Shown here: piece by piece, positions 17,320-24,129 of the stretch
Layout: every line of letters starts with the position of its first letter
Numbering within the stretch: position 1 is the stretch's first letter
Assembly (NCBI GenBank): GCA_026987085.1
Contig: JALSNH010000145.1
Location: 1 to 36,477, forward strand
DNA: 36,477 nucleotides
From: Aquificota bacterium
GTDB taxonomy: Bacteria > Aquificota > Aquificia > Aquificales > QOAS01
Reading direction: 5' to 3'
The notes under the pieces: generated by a model
The model's database searches: none
Seen by the model: the letters and a program-made list of their open reading frames with translations, nothing else
Told to the model about the DNA's origin: nothing
Program-made: the position numbers and the translations under genes

Positions 17320-17844
17320 TCACTTTTTATGGGTGAAATATAGAGCTAAAGAAATCATCAGAACACCAAAAGCTACATAAACCGTGTCAAGAGGACTTTT
17401 AAATTCCAAATGGAGTACCTGTTTAAAGAAAGCTACAATAAGAACCATAATAACTAAACGGCCTAATTTCTCTTTTAAATCTTCCAAACTTTTGATAACT
17501 AAAACCCTTTGGCCGAGAGGATCGTTTTCCGCAGGGTCAATTTTAGAAATAAAAAGTTCATAGAGACCTAAGGAGAAAACAAGTAGAAAAGTTCCTATAA
17601 GGAATATATCAACCGACGCAATAACTATTGAGAGTATTTTGGAATAAAAGGCTTCGTAAGAAGGAGAGGAGAAAAAGAGATACACCAAATGTATTACCTC
17701 GTACAATCCAACCAAAAAGAGGATTAACGCCGAAATCAGAGAGGCTATAACGGCAAGAAACACCAGCCATCTGGTATTCCACAGGAAGCTTTCAAAAAAT
17801 AACTCAACTCTTCTCGAAAAGGAAATTTGCTCTTTTTTTTCCAT
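17320..17844 (-). CDS. YqhA/UPF0114 family membrane protein
   Basis: The TRWLVFLAVIASL N-terminal helix, several TM segments, and the SLEDLKEKLGRLVIMVLIV pattern are as in UPF0114. Confidence 0.6.
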   Translation of the reverse strand: MEKKEQISFSRRVELFFESFLWNTRWLVFLAVIASLISALILFLVGLYEVIHLVYLFFSSPSYEAFYSKILSIVIASVDIFLIGTFLLVFSLGLYELFISKIDPAENDPLGQRVLVIKSLEDLKEKLGRLVIMVLIVAFFKQVLHLEFKSPLDTVYVAFGVLMISLALYFTHKK

Positions 17845-17899
17845 AAGTTGGTAAAACTATACCTGTTGTGCGAGGTTCGTCAAATATTTATAACTTCAA

Positions 17900-19036
17900 A
17901 TGTTTCAGATAAAGAAAAATCCAAAGGACTTTTTTGTAAAAGAGATATTGGAAATTCCTTTTAAGGATAAAGGGGAGTATGCCTACTTTAGGTTAAAAAA
18001 GGTAGATAGAAACACCGTAGATGTTATAAGAGAACTCGCCCAAAAATGGAAAATACCGGTAAAAAATATAACCTTTGCGGGATTGAAGGATAAAAACGCG
18101 ATTACAGAACAATATATAGCCGTAAAAGGTCTAAAAAATATTCCAAAAACTTTGGAAGGTGAAGGTTATAAATTAACCTTTTTAGGTTTTTACGATAAAC
18201 CTTTGGAACTCGGCGAGTTTAAAGGCAATTATTTTGAAATAATTGTAAGAAATGTTAGCAAAAGGGAAAGAGAACGAGCTGAAAAGAATATAGAATTTGT
18301 TCAAAAATATGGCTTTGCTAACTATTTTGGAGAACAAAGGTTCGGTTCTATCAAAAATGCAAAAGAGTTTTTAATCAAATACCTTTTAAATCACGATTAT
18401 GAAGGGGCATTAAAGGAATACCTGCTTTCCTACAGCGATTGGAAAATTAAAAGAAAGTTAAAAAAACTTTGGGGGCGTTGGAAAGACTTTCTAAGGGTAA
18501 TGCCCAAGGGGGCTACCTACGAAAGGAAGGTTGTAGAGGAACTTTCTAAGGGGGTATCTTTTAAACAGGCGTTTATGGCACTTCCCAAAAATGTCCGTCT
18601 AATGTTTGCCTTCACCTATCAAAGTTATCTGTGGAACCGCTACCTTTATAGGTTTATCGTTCGCTATTTTTCCTACTGCGAAGTTCCAAGTGGAATAAAA
18701 AATTGGACCTATGCCTTTTACAACAAAATGAATGACCGAATTTTTGAGGAGATAAAAGATTTGGAAATTCCCTATTTGGGAATTGAACATAAACCTTCCT
18801 CACCAAAAGTGGAAAGGATAATAAAGGAAGTCCTCGAAGAGGAAGGTATAACACCCTCCATCCTTCAGGAGGAAAGAATAGGAATAAAACTCTTTTCGGA
18901 TGGAATTAGAAAGGCTATAGCTCTTCCACAAAACTTAAATTTGGAAAGGTTAGGAAGGGCTACGGTAAAAGTTTCCTTTATACTCCCTCCCGGAAGCTAT
19001 GCTACGGTTTTACTAAAAAAAATCTTCCTCTGTTAG
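17900..19036 (+). CDS. truD: tRNA pseudouridine(13) synthase
   Basis: DFFVKEI N-terminus, FAGLKDKNAITEQY (catalytic Asp motif) and NYFGEQRFG. Confidence 0.85.
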   Translation: MFQIKKNPKDFFVKEILEIPFKDKGEYAYFRLKKVDRNTVDVIRELAQKWKIPVKNITFAGLKDKNAITEQYIAVKGLKNIPKTLEGEGYKLTFLGFYDKPLELGEFKGNYFEIIVRNVSKRERERAEKNIEFVQKYGFANYFGEQRFGSIKNAKEFLIKYLLNHDYEGALKEYLLSYSDWKIKRKLKKLWGRWKDFLRVMPKGATYERKVVEELSKGVSFKQAFMALPKNVRLMFAFTYQSYLWNRYLYRFIVRYFSYCEVPSGIKNWTYAFYNKMNDRIFEEIKDLEIPYLGIEHKPSSPKVERIIKEVLEEEGITPSILQEERIGIKLFSDGIRKAIALPQNLNLERLGRATVKVSFILPPGSYATVLLKKIFLC

Positions 19037-19081
19037 TCATTTTTCTATAAATAACAAATTTTACTAAACTTTAGACAGTGG

Positions 19082-19092
19082 CCATTCCGAGA
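19082..19092 (+). repeat. Left copy of exact 11-bp direct repeat CCATTCCGAGA bracketing the AT-rich islet
   Basis: CCATTCCGAGA at 19082-19092 is identical to 20618-20628. It lies 46 nt after the truD stop. Confidence 0.5.
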
Positions 19093-19124
19093 GTTAAAAG
19101 TAGCTACTATCAAAGTACTTTTAC

Positions 19125-19156
19125 TTGACTTATTGCATTTAAAATCGTAATATAAT
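19125..19156 (+). promoter_or_regulatory. Candidate sigma70-type promoter for the lipoprotein/C92 gene pair
   Basis: TTGACT (19125-19130), a 17-nt spacer, then TAATAT (19148-19153) overlapping TATAAT (19151-19156). AAAGGAGG SD precedes the ATG at 19199. Confidence 0.45.
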
Positions 19157-19198
19157 TTTAATCAATAAAAATTCATCCTTTAAATAAAGGAGGTTAAA

Positions 19199-19573
19199 AT
19201 GTTTAGAAAAAAAATTTTTTTGCTATCCAGCGTGGGTATTTTGTTTTTTCTAAACAATTGTGGAGGTAGCGATAAAAAGCCTGAAGATGTTGTAAAAGAT
19301 GTTGAATACTCCCTTTGTGAAGGGAAAATAGATAAACAGGATGTTACTATGCGAACACAGAAATTGCTTAGTATGTTGCCGTTAAATGAATATGCTAAAC
19401 TATGTAAAAAGAGAAAAGGTATAGCTGATATAAAGGTAGAGACTCATAAAATAAATGATACTACCTTGGAATATACAGCTTTAATAAAATTTGGTGATGG
19501 CACTGAAACCACGGATCATGGTTATATAGTAAAGACTAATGAAGGGTGGAAACTAGATGTAAAAAAGCAATAG
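19199..19573 (+). CDS. Small lipoprotein (DUF4878/NTF2-like tail)
   Basis: Signal peptide plus lipobox-like FLNNC|GG (MFRKKIFLLSSVGILFFLNNCGGS). The C-terminal ...GYIVKTNEGWKLD is typical of small NTF2-like lipoproteins. Strong SD. Confidence 0.6.
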   Translation: MFRKKIFLLSSVGILFFLNNCGGSDKKPEDVVKDVEYSLCEGKIDKQDVTMRTQKLLSMLPLNEYAKLCKKRKGIADIKVETHKINDTTLEYTALIKFGDGTETTDHGYIVKTNEGWKLDVKKQ

Positions 19574-20043
19574 AAGCTATTAAGCAACAATTAGATACAG
19601 GTGATATTCTATTGCGTAAAGGCTTTGGGTTATTAAGTACTTTAATTAGTCTTTTTTTTAAAATTCCTTATTCACATGTTGGTTTAGTTATTAAAACTGC
19701 AAATGGTATTCGGGTATATGATATGCAGCCTGGTAGATATCGCCCTCTTGCTTTTTCTACTTTTGAAAAATTTTTCTATGGAAGTAAAAGACTTGAAATA
19801 ATATTTTTCTCTAAATTTTTAACAAAACAAGAAAAAAAATGCATAATACGTGAAGTTCAATATTTTTATAATAAAAAGCCTAAGTATGATTATACTTTCT
19901 CACGAGGGGAGGATAAACTGTTTTGTTTAGAATTTGTATATTTAGTATTAAAACGTTGTAAACTTATTAAAAAATTTAAAAAAGTATACAAATCTTCTAA
20001 ATATTTTAGAATGCTAAAACATTTTGATAACCTACTCAAATAA
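19546..20043 (+). CDS. Permuted papain-like (NlpC/P60 superfamily) amidase, YiiX/YaeF peptidase C92-like
   Basis: TGDILLRKG, then YSHVGLVIK (His), then KYDYTFSRGEDKLFCLEFVY (Cys). His-before-Cys is the order in the permuted C92 family. It overlaps the lipoprotein gene by 28 nt, with GGGTGG upstream. Confidence 0.55.
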   Translation: METRCKKAIEAIKQQLDTGDILLRKGFGLLSTLISLFFKIPYSHVGLVIKTANGIRVYDMQPGRYRPLAFSTFEKFFYGSKRLEIIFFSKFLTKQEKKCIIREVQYFYNKKPKYDYTFSRGEDKLFCLEFVYLVLKRCKLIKKFKKVYKSSKYFRMLKHFDNLLK

Positions 20044-20100
20044 CATGTTTCCACATAATATCTCAAAAAAAATCCAATTAAAAATTATTTAATTCTTAAA

Positions 20101-20475
20101 GAGCTTAAAGTGGAAGCGGATAAAGTTTGGTCGGATAGCTTTAATCTATTTTTCAATTTCAAAAAATTATTAAATCCTCTTTTTGCACTCCCAAACTAAG
20201 AAAGTTTTATAACCTAATTTGGAAAAGCCAAGCTATTCGCCATTAAAACGGTAAAACAATCCTTCCATCCTCGTTAAGGAAACTATAGAAATCTCTTCGC
20301 CCGACAAGAACAAGGTTATAACCCTAGATTTGGGAGAAATCCATCTGTTTATAAGTTTTGATGGAAAGAGGTTTTGATCTGGAACGGAAGGCTTTTAAGG
20401 AGCTACAAACAGTTAAAGCTAAAGCTAATAGCGTTAAGACAGAAGCTAAAATGGGCTAAATATGATTTTAGCTAA
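20101..20475 (+). pseudogene. tnpB: Degraded IS200/IS605-family TnpB (OrfB) remnant, central portion only, with at least 3 frame changes and in-frame stops
   Basis: My translation gives four consecutive fragments in shifting frames. 20101-20199: ELKVEADKVWSDSFNLFFNFKKLLNPLFALPN*. 20190-20288: PKLRKFYNLIWKSQAIRH*NGKTILPSSLRKL*. 20279-20377: ETIEISSPDKNKVITLDLGEIHLFISFDGKRF*. 20374-20475: LIWNGRLLRSYKQLKLKLIALRQKLKWAKYDFS*. The order resembles TnpB: W.sFF..kk, P.l.k....li...qa.ri.ngk.i.lp, the hhhDLG RuvC-I motif, then ngr.lks.....k...lq.kl. The RuvC-II/III motifs and zinc finger are absent. Confidence 0.5.
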
Positions 20476-20528
20476 CATATAGGGATAGGGTAGGAGTAAT
20501 AAACTCATTCAAAAGGTTTATGGGAAAA

Positions 20529-20655
20529 GTATCGGGGGGCTTTAGGTTCTTTGTAGATGGAGTGATATACCCTCGGGGAGGTAAGCTACCCCCCGAGTAG
20601 CTAGGAATGGATTACTCCCATTCCGAGAAATTCCCTGCTTTAGCGAGTGGAATGT
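20529..20655 (+). other. GC-rich structured element (nested helices), candidate relic of a TnpB-associated RNA / IS end or an orphan ncRNA; strand not established
   Basis: TCGGGGGG (20532-20539) pairs with CCCCCCGA (20589-20596). Inside that helix, CCTC-GGG-GAGG (20571-20581). GGAATGG (20604-20610) pairs with CCATTCC (20618-20624). ATTCC (20630-20634) pairs with GGAAT (20649-20653). My hand count for 20521-20600 is 42/80 G+C, against about 25-30 percent in the adjacent islet. Confidence 0.3.
20618..20628 (+). repeat. Right copy of exact 11-bp direct repeat CCATTCCGAGA
   Basis: Identical to 19082-19092. It lies 41 nt before the htpX stop codon and includes the 3' arm of the 20604-20624 hairpin. 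Confidence 0.5.
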
Positions 20656-20669
20656 CATCGGTATCCACA

Positions 20670-21575
20670 CTAATACCTCCAAAAGGTTTCCCTTATTTTA
20701 CCAAAGAGTCTTTTTGCAAGTTCCAAAAGCCTTGCTATTCTTTTATCGGTCGGAGGGTGGGTAGAAAAAAGTTCTGCCAAAAAGTCTCCTTTTAAAGGGT
20801 TAACTATAAAAAGGTGGCTGGTGGACGGCTTTATTTCTTGTTTTACAAGCTCTTGAGGAATCCGTCTTGAATAGTCTTCAAGCTTCTTTAAGGCACTGGC
20901 CAAGGCTTCAGGTTTGCCGGAAATTATCCCTCCTGTTTCATCGGCTTTATACTCCCTTGCCCTTGAAATTGCCATCTGAATTATTGCTGCAGCTATGGGA
21001 GCTAGAATAATCATTAAAATAAGGCTTACTACTTCAAGCCACCCTCCTCCTTCCTCTTCATCTCTATTTCCTCCAAAGAGTAAAAACCACTGTGCCATGT
21101 CGGCGAGCATGGTAATCGCACCTGCTATTGTTGCTGCAACTGCTTGAATTAGGGTATCCCTGTTTTTTATATGGGAAATTTCGTGAGCAAGGACTCCTTC
21201 AAGCTCATCTTCGTTTAGGAGTTCCGCTATTTTAGGAGTTATAACCACAACCCCGTGCTTAGGGTTTCTTCCCGTTGCAAAGGCGTTGGGAACGTCCATA
21301 GGAGCAATTCCCACTTTCGGTTTAGGGATGCCGGCATTTTTTGCAAGCTTTTCAACAACTTGGTGAAGCCAGGGAGCTTCTTCTTCTGACAGAAGCTTAA
21401 CTTTGTATATAGAAAGAACTATCTTGTCTGAGAAGAACCAGCTTCCAAAATTCATAATAGCAGCTATAAAGAGGGCTATGACCATACCGGTGTTTCCCCC
21501 GAGTAGCTTACCGAAAACAAGAAGAATTCCCGTTAGAAAACCAAGAAGAATAACCGTCTTTAGGTTATTCCACAT
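20670..21575 (-). CDS. htpX: Zinc metalloprotease HtpX (peptidase M48)
   Basis: HEISHIKNRD (HExxH), N-terminal TM helices, and C-terminal STHPPTDKRI. Confidence 0.9.
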   Translation of the reverse strand: MWNNLKTVILLGFLTGILLVFGKLLGGNTGMVIALFIAAIMNFGSWFFSDKIVLSIYKVKLLSEEEAPWLHQVVEKLAKNAGIPKPKVGIAPMDVPNAFATGRNPKHGVVVITPKIAELLNEDELEGVLAHEISHIKNRDTLIQAVAATIAGAITMLADMAQWFLLFGGNRDEEEGGGWLEVVSLILMIILAPIAAAIIQMAISRAREYKADETGGIISGKPEALASALKKLEDYSRRIPQELVKQEIKPSTSHLFIVNPLKGDFLAELFSTHPPTDKRIARLLELAKRLFGKIRETFWRY

Positions 21576-21756
21576 GAATAACCTCCTTGATAAATATTGA
21601 TTTTTGCATTCTCTTACATATAGAAATTAAAAGCTTTTATACACGATAGTTTAAGAACTTTAATAGAGAAAGTCTTTACTAAGGTTTTCTACTTTCTTTA
21701 CAACTTGTGTTAACTTAGTAATAAACATTAGCTACTTAATAAAGGTCTTCTATCGG

Positions 21757-21790
21757 TTTGCTTTCAAAGTAGAAATTTTCCTTTCAAAGT
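21757..21790 (+). repeat. Tandem 14-nt direct repeat containing the 9-bp palindrome CTTTCAAAG, 20-bp period, in the htpX-rpsT divergent intergenic region
   Basis: TTTGCTTTCAAAGT (21757-21770) and TTTCCTTTCAAAGT (21777-21790). A third CAAAGT occurs at 21807-21812, next to TTGACT. Confidence 0.4.
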
Positions 21791-21853
21791 TTGTGTAAAT
21801 TAGCACCAAAGTTGACTCTTTATTAAACCCCCTTTTCCCTGTAAGGGGTATAT

Positions 21854-21882
21854 TTTCAATCTTTAACCGAAAAAGTTATAAT
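21854..21882 (+). promoter_or_regulatory. Candidate rpsT promoter
   Basis: TTTCAA (21854-21859), a 17-nt spacer, then TATAAT (21877-21882), about 37 nt upstream of the GTG start. Confidence 0.35.
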
Positions 21883-21918
21883 AAAAAGATTTGCTAAAAA
21901 AAAGAGGGAGGTTAAAAA

Positions 21919-22197
21919 GTGGCAAACACAAAAAGTGCAAAAAAAGCTGCAAGGCAGAACATAAAAAGGAGATTAAGAAATAGATATCACCTTTCTAGAA
22001 TGAAGACCTATATTAAAAAGTTTCGCAAAATGATAGAGGAAGGTAAGTTAGAAGAAGCCAAAAAATTCCTTCCTGAAGTTCAAAAAATAATAATGCACAC
22101 CTGGAGTAAAGGTGTTATTACCAAAAAAGAAGCCTCCAGAAGGATCTCTAGAGTTTATGAAATATTGAACAAAGCTCTTAAATCTACCCAGCAGTAG
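21919..22197 (+). CDS. rpsT: 30S ribosomal protein S20
   Basis: MANTKSAKKAARQNIKRRLRNRYHLSRMKT is the canonical S20 N-terminus. GTG start preceded by GAGGGAGG. Confidence 0.9.
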   Translation: MANTKSAKKAARQNIKRRLRNRYHLSRMKTYIKKFRKMIEEGKLEEAKKFLPEVQKIIMHTWSKGVITKKEASRRISRVYEILNKALKSTQQ

Positions 22198-22241
22198 ATA
22201 AGTGTTTGCTTATTTTTTTGACTATTTTAAAATTCGGCTGT

Positions 22242-22982
22242 ATGAAGAAAACACTAATAGCTTTATCTTTGGCTTCACTCTGTTTTGCAGGGGAGCACGG
22301 CGGAAATACTCAATGGGGTTATGAAGGTTCGATAGGTCCTAAACACTGGGGGGATTTATCTCCCCAATTTATTATGTGTAAAATAGGAAAAAACCAATCT
22401 CCGGTGGATATAAACATTAAAGATACAGTCAAAGCCTGTTTAAAACCTATAAAGTTCAACTACATTGCAGATGCCAGATATGTTGTAAATAATGGTCATA
22501 CCATAAAGGTAATCACCACCGGTCAAAGTTATATAGTTGTAGATGGTAAAAGGTTTTATCTAAGGCAGTTCCACTTTCATGCTCCCAGCGAGCATACAGT
22601 TAATGGTAAATATTACCCCTTTGAGGCTCATTTGGTTCATATCGATAAAAATGGAAACATAGCGGTTATTGGTATCCTTTTTAAGTTAGGGAAAGAAAAC
22701 GGTGAATTAGCAAAAATTTGGAAAAATATGCCCCAACAGGTCGGCAAAAAGGTTGCATTAACTTCTAAAGTAAATCCTTATCTACTTTTACCAAAAAATA
22801 AAGAGTACTACCGTTATAGTGGTTCTTTAACAACCCCTCCCTGCAGTGAGGGAGTTAGATGGTTTATTTTTAAAGAGCCGGTAGAGCTTTCCAAAGACCA
22901 ACTTGCAAAGTTTAAAAAGGTGATGGGTTTTCCTAACAATAGACCGGTTCAGCCTATAAATGCAAGAAAAATATTAAAGTAG
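22242..22982 (+). CDS. Secreted alpha-class carbonic anhydrase
   Basis: Signal peptide MKKTLIALSLASLCFAG. Motifs: HWGY, GPKHWG, QSPVDI, NNGHTIKV, QFHFHAPSEH, EAHLVH (three zinc His) and SLTTPPCSEGVRWF. I prefer ATG 22242 to the TTG at 22206. Confidence 0.9.
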   Translation: MKKTLIALSLASLCFAGEHGGNTQWGYEGSIGPKHWGDLSPQFIMCKIGKNQSPVDINIKDTVKACLKPIKFNYIADARYVVNNGHTIKVITTGQSYIVVDGKRFYLRQFHFHAPSEHTVNGKYYPFEAHLVHIDKNGNIAVIGILFKLGKENGELAKIWKNMPQQVGKKVALTSKVNPYLLLPKNKEYYRYSGSLTTPPCSEGVRWFIFKEPVELSKDQLAKFKKVMGFPNNRPVQPINARKILK

Positions 22983-23061
22983 GTTGAAAATTTTTAAAAA
23001 ACCTTTTAAGTTTTTTTCTTCCTATCAACGGTGTTTCAAACAGAGTTTATAACAATAACTT

Positions 23062-24129
23062 ATGTCCCGTTGGATTATTGACGCTTCAATTTGTGGAGAA
23101 ACGGCGGTAAAAACTGCACTTTTACTGAGCTCAATTTTGGGAGTTTCTGTAGAAATAAAAAATATAAATTCAAAAAAAAGCCCTTCGGGATTAAATGGTA
23201 CCCTTTTAAAGTTAATAAAAGCCCTTAAATATATTACTACCGCTTCGGTAGAAGGTTTTTACGAAGGATCCACAAATGTAGTTTTTGAACCTAAAACTTT
23301 AAAAAGTGGCGCTTACAGGATAAATCTTAAGGAGGATGAAAGTATTTCTGAACTTTTACAGGTTATCTTACCTATTTCAATTTTTGTTCCCAAAAGATTT
23401 CTCATAGCCATAAAAGGTGGAACGGACATAGAAGGATTTCCTACGATAGATTGGATAGAAAATGTATTTCTTCCTTCTTTGGAAAGTTTGTTTAAAAGTA
23501 TCTCCTTAAGGGTTTTTAGAAGAGGTTTTGCTCCAAAAGGAGGAGGTGTTATTTCCCTTCAAGTGGAGAGCTTTCTTTCCAATCCCCTTTACGGTTTGGA
23601 AGAAGTTAAAACCTTTTTAAGTTCGAGGGTAAACTTTTACCGAACCGAAAAAGGAAGAATCCTAAAAATTAGAGGTGTATCGGTAGCTCACAAATATCTT
23701 CAAGAAAGAAAAGTTGCGGAAAGGCAACGATTAGGAGCGGTTGAGTATATTAAGGAAAAGTGGAATCGAAAAAGCTCGATAAACAATTATTACGTTGATG
23801 CCGATAGTATAGGAACCTCTATAACCCTCTGGCTAACCGACGAAAAGGGAAATATAATAGGTTCCTACGCATTTGGGAAAAAAGGAAAACTGGCCGAAAT
23901 AGTTGGTCGGGAAGCCGCGGAAAATCTAGTAAAAACTTGGGAATCGGGGGCAACAATCGATCAAACAGCGGCTGAGTATTTGATTCCTTTACTTAGCCTA
24001 ACTGGTGGGGAGATAAAGGTGGACTTTTTAAATAATCGAATATTGAAAGCGTTAGAAGTTGCAACTATCTTAACCGGAGCAACATTTGAAATAGATGAAA
24101 CTGAAAAAATCATAAAAGTAAAAAATTAA
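23062..24129 (+). CDS. RNA 3'-terminal phosphate cyclase (RtcA)-like protein, predicted catalytically inactive (Rcl1-like)
   Basis: The RtcA fold pattern is recognisable: IIDAS.CGE..VKTALLLS, PSGL, GAYRINL, IKGGTDIEGFPTID, FRRGFAPKGGGV, AAEYLIPLLSL. However GEGGGQ has become CGETAV and RQHL has become NGTLL. The only His in 355 aa is His210, and there is no His in the C-terminal 145 residues. Confidence 0.6.
   Translation: MSRWIIDASICGETAVKTALLLSSILGVSVEIKNINSKKSPSGLNGTLLKLIKALKYITTASVEGFYEGSTNVVFEPKTLKSGAYRINLKEDESISELLQVILPISIFVPKRFLIAIKGGTDIEGFPTIDWIENVFLPSLESLFKSISLRVFRRGFAPKGGGVISLQVESFLSNPLYGLEEVKTFLSSRVNFYRTEKGRILKIRGVSVAHKYLQERKVAERQRLGAVEYIKEKWNRKSSINNYYVDADSIGTSITLWLTDEKGNIIGSYAFGKKGKLAEIVGREAAENLVKTWESGATIDQTAAEYLIPLLSLTGGEIKVDFLNNRILKALEVATILTGATFEIDETEKIIKVKN

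Noticed and set aside
20461-20490. Possible trace of the TnpB RuvC-III/NAAxNI motif (YDF / LANI) just after the last TnpB fragment, which would imply an internal deletion that keeps the element's 3' end
   Set aside because: Only 3-4 residues match and they lie in different frames. That cannot be told apart from chance.
20660-20668. GTATCCACA, an 8/9 match to a DnaA box, at the htpX stop
   Set aside because: It is a single isolated copy abutting the coding end, which is expected by chance.
20607-20795. 62-aa plus-strand ORF spanning the structured element and the 3' end of htpX
   Set aside because: It is antisense to htpX for most of its length, with no SD and no motif. RNA structure explains the region better.
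21800-21826. CIRCE-like sequence TTAGCACCA-N9-CTTTATTAA upstream of htpX/rpsT
   Set aside because: The left half matches CIRCE (TTAGCACTC) at 7/9, but the right half matches GAGTGCTAA at only 4/9. It is not a credible inverted repeat.
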